This document shows positions 56,098 to 64,000 of a DNA stretch of 64,000 nucleotides, one piece after another. Within the stretch, counting starts at the first letter, position 1. Each line of letters starts with the position of its first letter. The notes beneath the pieces were generated by a model. That model saw nothing but the letters and a program-made list of their open reading frames with translations. It was not told the DNA's origin and searched no databases. The DNA comes from an uncultured Candidatus Saccharibacteria bacterium (GTDB taxonomy: Bacteria > Patescibacteriota > Saccharimonadia > Saccharimonadales > Saccharimonadaceae), in assembly GCA_938040655.1 (NCBI GenBank), contig CALHZK010000011.1:2336-66335 (forward strand), read 5' to 3'. The translations under genes and the position numbers were made by a program.

Positions 56098-57048
56098 TTA
56101 GCGTATTGTCTGATACGCGCGGTAGAGCCAGTAGGACACAGGGCGAAGAGGCAAATCCCAGGCACCAGCAAAGGTGACATCGGATCCGCCAAAAGAACGC
56201 TTAAACTTCGTAAAACCAGCCCAGGGGTGATCTGGTGACGCACCTGTGGGTGCGATCCCGTAGAGATCGACTAACTGTAACCCACGTTGTTGAGCATCGA
56301 TGATTGCTTCAGCCAAGACAGCGGTACCGGCATTGAGTTTGCGGTGTTGGGGGAGGGCCGAGGCGCCAGCATGGGCATAGTACAGTGTTGTCTCGGTCTG
56401 GTAGAACAGGGCAGCAGCGATTGGCTGACCTTCGAACATGGCATACCATAGCTGAGCGGCGTGCAGCGGAAAGAGGGTTGCAGCTTGCTGCCGGAAGTAG
56501 TCATCGCGGTGGGGTCGAATGCCATTACGCTGCGCTACCTGGTGGACAAATTGGAGCAAAATTTCGATATCTTTTGGGTCGGTTGAATGATGAACCACCA
56601 CACCTTTCTTGTGATAATTGCGGTAGATATTACGGACAGGCTGGGCCATCTGAGCGATCAGCTGTTCTTTTGGTTGGGTCAAGTCGAGCAGGTGAGAGTG
56701 CTCTGGCTGTAGTTGCTGGTAGGTCACCTTTCGCCATTTGTGTGATGACAGGAACGCATTGTAGGCAGGGTCAACCGGTTCAATGCGAAGAAAACTCACC
56801 CGTTGTGATTGACCAAGTTGTGTCAGCTCAGTGATTGCTGCAGTGAGGGCAGTGCGGTCAGCGACTGTCGGGCCGTAGGGGCAGTAGAGGCGAGAATTGG
56901 CGGTGCCAGGCTCAAGGATTGCCAGGAAATCCCAGCCATCGCCGGATCGTCGAAAGGTGGTTCGGCCGAGTGATTGCTGGAATGTTTCCCAGGCAGTTGA
57001 TTGTAGGAAATGATGAGAATGTGTCACTTGTTGTAATCTCCACAACAT
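56098..57048 (-). CDS. FemAB-family peptidyltransferase (lipid II interpeptide-bridge formation)
   Basis: 316 aa starting FLQS..W..FQ, with a C-terminal ...YYAHAGAS...L.AEAI......G....DLYGI... pattern typical of FemX/MurM-type GNAT-fold enzymes. Confidence 0.7.
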   Translation of the reverse strand: MLWRLQQVTHSHHFLQSTAWETFQQSLGRTTFRRSGDGWDFLAILEPGTANSRLYCPYGPTVADRTALTAAITELTQLGQSQRVSFLRIEPVDPAYNAFLSSHKWRKVTYQQLQPEHSHLLDLTQPKEQLIAQMAQPVRNIYRNYHKKGVVVHHSTDPKDIEILLQFVHQVAQRNGIRPHRDDYFRQQAATLFPLHAAQLWYAMFEGQPIAAALFYQTETTLYYAHAGASALPQHRKLNAGTAVLAEAIIDAQQRGLQLVDLYGIAPTGASPDHPWAGFTKFKRSFGGSDVTFAGAWDLPLRPVSYWLYRAYQTIR

Positions 57049-57063
57049 TAGAATTACTATTGA

Positions 57064-58146
57064 TCATTGGGCTGTAGCCATCGATAGGCTCGGGACAACC
57101 TCTAGGTTGTACGGGTCGGTGGGCTGGTCAATGTGCGACCGATAATAACCCAGCGCAGCCACCATAGCGGCATTATCGGTACAGAGCTGAATTGGTGCAT
57201 AGTCAATTGTGATCGGCAGCGCTTGCCGAAGCTGGCGACGAAGCTCTTGATTGGCTGCGACACCACCTGCGATGACGACTGATGCTGGCTGGAAATTTTG
57301 AAAAGCCAGGCAGGTTTTATCGACAAGGGTCTTGATAGCGGTGAACTGAAAACTGGCGGCAATATTAGATTGAAGTTCATCAGTGACAAGGCCGGGGAGT
57401 TGATGCGAGGGGAAGGTGAAATCTTGGCCAACTTGGCGCTGGACAGTCCGTAATACGGCAGTTTTGAGGCCAGAAAAAGAAAAATCATAAAGCCCTGACA
57501 ACTTGGCGATTGGCAGCCGAAAGGCGTGAGGGTCACCGTGCTGGGCTGCTGCGGCAATCGCTGGGCCGCCGGGGTAGGGGAGGCCGATAATTTTGGCCAC
57601 CTTGTCAAAAGCTTCACCGACCGCATCATCTTGCGTTTGGCCAATAAGTTGATAACGACCGTGCGCATGAAAGAGCACTAACTGTGAGTGCCCACCAGAG
57701 ACGATGAGCGCCAATAGAGGAAATTGCGGCGGTTTATTTGGTAGCGACAGAGAAGGCGAGGCGGCGTGGCTGTTTTGCTGGGTGATGAAATTAGCGTAGA
57801 CGTGCGCTTCGACGTGGTGTATTTTGTAGAGCGGCTTGTGGTGAAGAATAGCTAAGGTGCGAGCAGCCAGTGTGCCAATCAGCAGCGAGCCAACCAACCC
57901 GGGTGCATACGTGACCGCCAGCGCATCAATATCATCCCAGCTACAGCCGGCGGTTTTGAGCGCATCGTGAATAACTGGATTGATAACCTCGAGATGGCTA
58001 CGAGCGGCAATCTCAGGGATAACCCCGCCGTAATGGGCGTGAATATCAATTTGTGAATGTACGACATTCGCTAGCAGGCGTTTGCCATCCTCAACGATAG
58101 CCGCCGCCGTCTCATCACAACTCGACTCGATTCCCAACACTCGCAT
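57064..58146 (-). CDS. tsaD: tRNA N6-adenosine threonylcarbamoyltransferase
   Basis: MRVLGIESSCDETAAAIV and HHVEAHVYA motifs. Start taken at ATG 58146, with an AGGTGA Shine-Dalgarno sequence 9 nt upstream. Confidence 0.93.
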   Translation of the reverse strand: MRVLGIESSCDETAAAIVEDGKRLLANVVHSQIDIHAHYGGVIPEIAARSHLEVINPVIHDALKTAGCSWDDIDALAVTYAPGLVGSLLIGTLAARTLAILHHKPLYKIHHVEAHVYANFITQQNSHAASPSLSLPNKPPQFPLLALIVSGGHSQLVLFHAHGRYQLIGQTQDDAVGEAFDKVAKIIGLPYPGGPAIAAAAQHGDPHAFRLPIAKLSGLYDFSFSGLKTAVLRTVQRQVGQDFTFPSHQLPGLVTDELQSNIAASFQFTAIKTLVDKTCLAFQNFQPASVVIAGGVAANQELRRQLRQALPITIDYAPIQLCTDNAAMVAALGYYRSHIDQPTDPYNLEVVPSLSMATAQ

Positions 58147-58239
58147 AAGTATACTCACCTAGTATACACCACCCGAGGAATATCATCGACTAGGACAGAT
58201 AGTCTGCAAAATAAAAGAAAAATGATATAATATGAGTCT

Positions 58240-58872
58240 ATGGAAAAATCACAATCTCCCGACTTGCGGAAATCGGCCGAAGTGACCCGACAACCTAGTG
58301 ATGCTATGGCAGCGCAGATAATCGAGTATATGACTTCGGCCGATCAGCACACTGCCAAGCAGCAGGCAATATATAACCAGCTACAGCACATATGGTCGAA
58401 AGCAGAGAGGGGTGGTGGCCAGCCATCCGTACGGATCCTCGACCTGTTTCGGCAGCAACTTGAAGACACCTTTGCGGCAGCGGACGCCGCATCAGCGCAG
58501 CCAATCGAGGTGTGCTTTGCGGAGACGCCTGAAAAAAATGTAGAGAAATTTAAGCAAATGTTTCAAGAATTCGGTGAGATCGAACAGCCGGGTAAGAGTC
58601 AGAAATATTACATTAATCCAGATGACTATCAGGGTGAAGCGGCTGCCGGTGATGTGGCGGTAGCTCGTGCGCTGCTCAAAACGAGTAGCCTCGCAGATAT
58701 TGATAAGCTTATTAATCCAGACCTAATAAAGGTCGTGGCAGGGCTTCCGCATCATCGCGAAATAGTCGAAGAGTGGGAAATCGAGGCTAAGTATAAAGTG
58801 TGTGTATGGCTTATCGCACTGCTACCAACCGAGACAATGCGTCAGTATCGTGAACCGCCGTTATTCACGTGA
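58240..58872 (+). CDS. hypothetical protein
   Basis: 210-aa ORF with a TATAAT-containing upstream region. No recognisable motifs. Confidence 0.5.
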   Translation: MEKSQSPDLRKSAEVTRQPSDAMAAQIIEYMTSADQHTAKQQAIYNQLQHIWSKAERGGGQPSVRILDLFRQQLEDTFAAADAASAQPIEVCFAETPEKNVEKFKQMFQEFGEIEQPGKSQKYYINPDDYQGEAAAGDVAVARALLKTSSLADIDKLINPDLIKVVAGLPHHREIVEEWEIEAKYKVCVWLIALLPTETMRQYREPPLFT

Positions 58873-58940
58873 AATAGTCGCAGTCGCAGCAGTCAGCGTG
58901 TTTTAGCTGACATTACGCCAAATGATGGTAGAATAGAGAC

Positions 58941-60239
58941 ATGAAGACCCAATTGGTAAAAATTGTCAGAGCTATTCTGCCAACGACGGTGGTGCATTAT
59001 ATAGAGACGATATATCGGCGTGCTCGAGTCAGGCTGGTGAGTGCTCGCTATGGTAACCCGTCAAAACACCTGCGAGTCATCGCTATCACTGGTACCAATG
59101 GTAAGACAACAACTGCCTGCTATATTAATGAAATCCTCAAAGAAGCCAAGTTCAAGACAGCTATGTTCACTACGGCGCTGATCGAGGTGGCGGGCCAGGC
59201 TCAGATTAATGATTTGAACGCAACCGTGGCGACGACGGCTCGGATGCAACGATTCTTCCGAGATGCCAAACGAGCGAATGTCGACTATGTCGTCTTGGAA
59301 GTGACCAGTCACGCGCTTGATCAGCATAAGCTTGATGGTGTACCGATTGAGGCGGCAGTCATGACAAACCTGACGCAAGATCATCTCGATTATCACAACA
59401 CGATGGAGCAGTACGCGGCGGCGAAAGCCAAGCTATTTCAGCTGAAGCCACGGTTTATCATTTTGAACCGAGACGATCAATGGTTTGATTACTTCGATCA
59501 GTTTGTAGCGACTGAGCAAAAAATGAATTATGGCCTTAGTGAAGAGGCTGAAGCGCGGATCGATCGGGTCAAGCTGTACCGCAAGGGAACTGAGGCTGAT
59601 GTGGTGTTGGACCATCAGACACACCTCGAGCTGGCGACTGCACTACCAGGTGAATACAATGTGATGAATATGACCGCGGCTACCACGCTTGCTTATCTTT
59701 TGGGGGTGAAGCTGAAAGATATCCAGGAGGGGGTAGCCAATGTCGAGGCGGTGCCAGGCAGGTTTGAGCGAGCAGTCGAGGGGTTGCCGTATGATGTGAT
59801 TGTTGACTATGCTCATACACCCGATGCGCTCGAGAAGCTACTCACCTCAGCGCGCCATATTGCCAAAGGTCGGGTGATTTTGGTGTTTGGTGCGACAGGC
59901 GATCGTGATAAAGGGAAACGACCGATCATGGGGCAGATCGCTGCGGCGTATGCTGATAGAATTTTTCTGACAGATGAAGAAAGCTACAACGAAAACCCTG
60001 AGCAAATTCGCCGAATGGTCTACCAGGGTATTGTAGAAGCCCACGGGAGCGGCAAGGCGACCGAAATCGCTGATCGACGGCAGGCAATTGAGCGGGCGTT
60101 GGGTTCAGCCAAAAAGGGTGATATTGTTCTGATCACTGGTATGGGGCACGAGCAGTATCGGATCGTTCGTGGTCACCGGCTGCCGTGGAACGATAGCCAG
60201 GTAGTCCGTGAGATCGTTGGTCAGAGCTCGGCAGAATAG
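58941..60239 (+). CDS. murE: Mur ligase, MurE-type (UDP-MurNAc-L-Ala-D-Glu : diamino acid ligase), short N-terminus
   Basis: ITGTNGKTTT P-loop, the DHLDYH motif, and C-terminal GATGDRDKGKRP...FLTDEESYNENP (MurE-type DNPR-like region). Confidence 0.85.
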   Translation: MKTQLVKIVRAILPTTVVHYIETIYRRARVRLVSARYGNPSKHLRVIAITGTNGKTTTACYINEILKEAKFKTAMFTTALIEVAGQAQINDLNATVATTARMQRFFRDAKRANVDYVVLEVTSHALDQHKLDGVPIEAAVMTNLTQDHLDYHNTMEQYAAAKAKLFQLKPRFIILNRDDQWFDYFDQFVATEQKMNYGLSEEAEARIDRVKLYRKGTEADVVLDHQTHLELATALPGEYNVMNMTAATTLAYLLGVKLKDIQEGVANVEAVPGRFERAVEGLPYDVIVDYAHTPDALEKLLTSARHIAKGRVILVFGATGDRDKGKRPIMGQIAAAYADRIFLTDEESYNENPEQIRRMVYQGIVEAHGSGKATEIADRRQAIERALGSAKKGDIVLITGMGHEQYRIVRGHRLPWNDSQVVREIVGQSSAE

Positions 60240-60247
60240 GAGAAGCT

Positions 60248-61432
60248 ATGCGCACATTATTTATTACCAGGGGTATTCCCGGGTCTGGTAAGTCGACTTT
60301 TTTACAGCAGACTGGCTTGGTCACTTACACATTGTCGCCAGATACTATTCGCTTGACCATGGCCGCACCGCGGCTAACTTGCCAGGGGAGGATGGCTATG
60401 CCGGCGCATCAAGATCCTCAGGTGTGGAAACTGCTATACCAGCTGATCGAACAGCGGATGGTTTGCGGCGAAACGACGGTGGTCGACGCTACCCACACCA
60501 CCGATGACTATTTCGAAGCCTACCGACAGTTGTGCCAGCGCTATCGCTATCAGTTGGTGGTGATTGATTTTTCTGGTGTAGCATTGGCGACTTGCCGCGT
60601 ACAGAATCGCCGCCGCCCGGCCTATAAAGTTGTCCCTGACGAAGTCTTGACGACAATGTACCAGCAGTTGCAGCAGAGTACAGTGCCAGACTGGGCGACC
60701 ATAGTCACAACGACTGAGGAGGTCGATCAGCTCTTGGCAAACCGGCTGGAGCAGTTTGATAATTATCGGCGAATTCATCACCTTGGTGGTGTTCAGGGGT
60801 ACCACAGGCCATTGCGGGAATACTTTCGGCAGTATCCGCTGCGAGATGATGAGCTCTATATCTTTGTCGGTGATCTGTTTGACCGTGGGAGTGAAAACGG
60901 CGCAGTGATGCAGTGTGTCTGCGACGACCTCTTGCCACGACCAAATGTGCGATTCGTCGAGGGAAATCATGACCTCTACCTTTGGCAATGGGCAACCAAC
61001 CAGCCGATCACTGGGCGGGAATTTGCTGACCAAACGAGGCCTCAGCTTGAGGCGGCAGCTATCGATAAGTCAGTGGTTAGGCAGCTGTTTTCTCGAATGG
61101 ACCAGTATATTTTGTACCAATTTCATGCCAAGACGGTCTTGGTGACACACGGTGGACTCAGCACACTACCCGAGCAGCTACCACTCCTGGCGACTGATCA
61201 GCTGATCTATGGGGTTGGCCGCTATGATGATGCCGGTGCAGTAGATGATGCCTTTGTGGCTACCACTCGCCAAACTACCTACCAAATTCACGGCTATCGC
61301 AATGCGCCCAGCTATCCTATTCGTTATAATCAACGTTGCTACAGTCTCGGGGGTGGAGTAGAGCACGGTGGTGAGGTGCGAGCTGTGCAGCTCGATAAGC
61401 AGGGTATGACGCCGGTGACAATTTCTTATTGA
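60248..61432 (+). CDS. fusion of P-loop (polynucleotide-kinase-like) domain and calcineurin-like metallophosphoesterase domain
   Basis: N-terminal GIPGSGKST. The C-terminal half has GDLFDRG, GNHD, VTHGG and IHGY motifs. The first phosphoesterase motif reads LGGVQG where GDxHG is expected. Confidence 0.7.
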   Translation: MRTLFITRGIPGSGKSTFLQQTGLVTYTLSPDTIRLTMAAPRLTCQGRMAMPAHQDPQVWKLLYQLIEQRMVCGETTVVDATHTTDDYFEAYRQLCQRYRYQLVVIDFSGVALATCRVQNRRRPAYKVVPDEVLTTMYQQLQQSTVPDWATIVTTTEEVDQLLANRLEQFDNYRRIHHLGGVQGYHRPLREYFRQYPLRDDELYIFVGDLFDRGSENGAVMQCVCDDLLPRPNVRFVEGNHDLYLWQWATNQPITGREFADQTRPQLEAAAIDKSVVRQLFSRMDQYILYQFHAKTVLVTHGGLSTLPEQLPLLATDQLIYGVGRYDDAGAVDDAFVATTRQTTYQIHGYRNAPSYPIRYNQRCYSLGGGVEHGGEVRAVQLDKQGMTPVTISY

Positions 61433-61484
61433 TTGTGATGAGTGACCAAGCGAGGCAATAAAACCCGATATCGCGGAGTCGATG

Positions 61485-62771
61485 TTATGACTTTTGGTTA
61501 AAAAATGCTTGCTTACGCTGGAGCCACTCCGGCGACTGCCGCACTAGTTTGCTGGCATCGTGAGGGTTCTTCAATAGTGGCTTGACGGCTTCCTCTAAAT
61601 AAATACCACCCTGCGAGCCTTTGAAGAGGAAGACGGCATCTTGGCCGGTCAGTTTCTTGAGAGTCGGTACCGCCTGGAGTGCAGTAGCAAACGACAAAAC
61701 GCGGCAGCCACGCTGCGTGGCGGCGGGAGCTAAGAACTGCTGCGCCAGTGGGCCAACTGTCACGACACAATAGAGCTTTTTTGGATCACACAGTTTACCA
61801 ATGGCTTCGTGCTCTAACTGTGTCATTTTGCCGAGTTCATTCATGTCGCCGAGCACGGCAATTTTTCGTTTGGTGGGCAATCGGTATAATGTCTCGAGTG
61901 CAGAAGTGACTGCTAGTGGGCTAGCGTTGTAGGTGTCATCGATAATAGTGGCGCCCTTCATGCCCGGCAAAATACTCATCCGCCCGGCGACTGCTCGAAA
62001 GCGAGCGAGTGAGCGGACCACCATCTTCATTGAGACACCAAGCTCTAGTGCGACAGCTGCAGCACCCGCAGCGATTCGTAATTGATGGATACCGATCACT
62101 GGCATGACAAATGGCTGTGATGCGTGATCAGCGTAAGTTAACTGGCAGGCGAAACCGCGGCCCGGCTGAAAGGTACCAGCGCGCATCCGGTAGGTGGCTT
62201 CTTCGCTTGTCCCATAAGACATGACGATAGGGCTAGTCGCACAGGTAGCAAATTCTGGCCGAATATCTTCTTTGTTGTAGAGTGTTTTGCGGCTGACGCG
62301 GCTGAGTCCAAACTCTTCTTGCGCAACTGTGGTGAGGTTACCAAAAAACTCCATATGCTCGGGTGAGATAGCAGTCACGACAGTGATGTCTGGCCGTAGG
62401 TAGCGGGCAAACTGTGCCATCTCGCCAGGGTGGTCGATGCCAAACTCCTGCACCACAATATCGATATCGTGGTGTTGTCGTGCAGACATCCGTGCTTTTT
62501 TTACTACATCAATCCAGTCAGCGAGTCGGCGTGGGTTTGCTGGTGACTCAACCGCCAATATTTCAAGCGGCGCACTGAGCGCAGCGTTAAAATTACCACG
62601 ATTTGTCCGTACGCGATACTTTGTAGTCAGAAGATCAACAATCGTTGATTTGGTGCTAGTTTTGCCAACACTGCCGACAACGGCAACCAGCTTAATATGA
62701 CTATTTGTCCGAAAGAATTGCCGTACATATCGCGCCAACAGGCGACCAAGACAGAGTTTTACGAATCGCAT
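61485..62771 (-). CDS. murF: UDP-MurNAc-tripeptide--D-Ala-D-Ala ligase
   Basis: VGSVGKTSTK P-loop, plus DDTYNASPLAV and LGDMNELG motifs characteristic of MurF. Confidence 0.88.
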   Translation of the reverse strand: MRFVKLCLGRLLARYVRQFFRTNSHIKLVAVVGSVGKTSTKSTIVDLLTTKYRVRTNRGNFNAALSAPLEILAVESPANPRRLADWIDVVKKARMSARQHHDIDIVVQEFGIDHPGEMAQFARYLRPDITVVTAISPEHMEFFGNLTTVAQEEFGLSRVSRKTLYNKEDIRPEFATCATSPIVMSYGTSEEATYRMRAGTFQPGRGFACQLTYADHASQPFVMPVIGIHQLRIAAGAAAVALELGVSMKMVVRSLARFRAVAGRMSILPGMKGATIIDDTYNASPLAVTSALETLYRLPTKRKIAVLGDMNELGKMTQLEHEAIGKLCDPKKLYCVVTVGPLAQQFLAPAATQRGCRVLSFATALQAVPTLKKLTGQDAVFLFKGSQGGIYLEEAVKPLLKNPHDASKLVRQSPEWLQRKQAFFNQKS

Positions 62772-62860
62772 ACTATGTATTATACCAAACTATTTGTAGT
62801 TGTAATATGTTCATCAGTTTGCTTTTTCACCGAATTATGATACCATACTCTACATTAATT

Positions 62861-63967
62861 ATGGCATTTAGCGAAACGAAAGTACCTGCTGTTGAAAAGA
62901 CAACATACCCCGTTGTAAAGAGTTATCTTCAGGGTGGTGTGCTTGACAAACAGGCGACGACCGGTGCGCCGAACGAACAACAAAATGGTAGTTGGGATCC
63001 TGAATGGATCGTCTCGTGCTATATAGCTCTGACTGATCGGATGATTCAGCTATGTGGTGGCTATCGCGAAGACCTGCCTGATACGCCGCTGCCAGACACG
63101 GTGATTTTTCTTGATAAGTCAGCACGGCCGGTCGCGTGGTTGATGGATTCGCTATGGGGCCAATTGGCTGACGACGATACGACGCAGCCTCATTATGACT
63201 TCCTCAACATTGACCGGAAGACGTGGTGGGCGCTCGTCGGCCGGCCGCTAGTGGGAGAGGAGAACCGTAATCCTGCCGAGTTTGATGTCAATGATGTGCC
63301 GCAAGAATTGATAGATCAAATTCGGACGCATTTCGTGATTGGTGATGTCACTGAAGAGAACTATCGAGAAAAAGTGTGGCAGTTGCCGACCAATCTCGAT
63401 GGCAAAGAAGTATTGATTGTCGACGAAGTGAAGAGCAGTGGCGCAACCACCGCAATGGCCGAGGCCTTGCTTTCGCGAGCGGTTCCGGAGGCGTCGTTTC
63501 GATCGGATTATTTCTGGCAGCGGCCTTATCGAGAGACTATGGAGATAGAGATCCAAGATAAGCAGGCAAAGACTCGCCGGGTTGAAACACAGCAGCTCAA
63601 CGTGCCGGCCTGGTACAACAAAGATACGCCGGATGGCCGAGAAGTCAGAGATCCAAGCCGTCTCGTGATGGCTGACCTGGTGCGCCGCATGCCAACGCAA
63701 GAGAATATCAAACGGAAAATTGCTTGGCTGATTGAGAGTGTCACACCAGAAGATTTAGGGCAGGACCTTGACCCTGTGACGAAACGGCTCAAGCAAGATG
63801 TCGCTATGTTGAGCTACCTTAATCCTGAAGACTGGCTTGACCATGTGTTACCGCTGACTGATGCGATGTATGAGTGGATGCTCCAGCGGCTTGGGCCGAG
63901 TAGCTTGAAACGCCACATCACACGAATGCGGGCTGTCAAAAATCAGCGCGGGCCATACCGAGCCTAA
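62861..63967 (+). CDS. hypothetical protein with phosphoribosyltransferase-like nucleotide-binding motif
   Basis: EVLIVDEVKSSGATTAMA resembles the PRT PRPP-binding loop. The track start (62705) overlaps murF, so I use ATG 62861, but 62807 and 62837 are also possible. Confidence 0.45.
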   Translation: MAFSETKVPAVEKTTYPVVKSYLQGGVLDKQATTGAPNEQQNGSWDPEWIVSCYIALTDRMIQLCGGYREDLPDTPLPDTVIFLDKSARPVAWLMDSLWGQLADDDTTQPHYDFLNIDRKTWWALVGRPLVGEENRNPAEFDVNDVPQELIDQIRTHFVIGDVTEENYREKVWQLPTNLDGKEVLIVDEVKSSGATTAMAEALLSRAVPEASFRSDYFWQRPYRETMEIEIQDKQAKTRRVETQQLNVPAWYNKDTPDGREVRDPSRLVMADLVRRMPTQENIKRKIAWLIESVTPEDLGQDLDPVTKRLKQDVAMLSYLNPEDWLDHVLPLTDAMYEWMLQRLGPSSLKRHITRMRAVKNQRGPYRA

Positions 63968-64000
63968 ATTCTTATAAACGGCGGAGCTGGCCCAGCGTGG

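Overview
This 64-kb window reads like origin-proximal chromosome from a small-genome, monoderm-type bacterium. By gene content and protein style it is most consistent with a Patescibacteria/CPR (Saccharibacteria-like) lineage; that placement is inference only. The standard genetic code applies, because TGA ends conserved genes at their natural C-termini. Sampled 60-nt lines give about 50-55% GC, except for one low-GC block. There are four parts. (1) 1-1.4 kb: a small HTH gene, a reading frame broken by one in-frame TAA, and tRNA-Asn. (2) 1.5-28.7 kb: a large cell-envelope glycan locus. It holds rmlABCD plus a second rmlD paralog, manC, a polyprenyl-P sugar transferase and about ten glycosyltransferases. 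It also carries a Wzx flippase, a WaaL/Wzy-like protein, a Wzm/Wzt ABC exporter, two GtrB-like enzymes with small membrane partners, a GT-C-like DUF2142 protein, and a secreted protein with nine ChW-type repeats. (3) 28.7-33.6 kb: the classic origin block jag-yidC-rnpA-rpmH | dnaA-dnaN, with DnaA-box clusters on both sides of dnaA. (4) 33.6-49.5 kb: the most interesting part, a tightly coupled roughly 14-kb minus-strand operon encoding a type IV secretion-like machine. It contains a VirB4 ATPase, a PrgI/VirB3-like protein, a VirB6/TrbL-like giant protein and a second giant membrane protein with a C39-like peptidase domain. It also contains an SLT+CHAP wall hydrolase and several bitopic proteins. 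Opposite it lies an array of five paralogous VirB2/TrbC-like pilin genes, with a sixth copy 2.7 kb further on. No coupling protein, relaxase, VirB11 or integrase is present in the window. The remainder is housekeeping: hsp20, comFC, rlmH, four more tRNAs, valS, a FemAB-family gene, tsaD, murE, a kinase-phosphatase fusion, murF and a PRTase-like gene. All family assignments come from reading motifs by eye, not from database searches.
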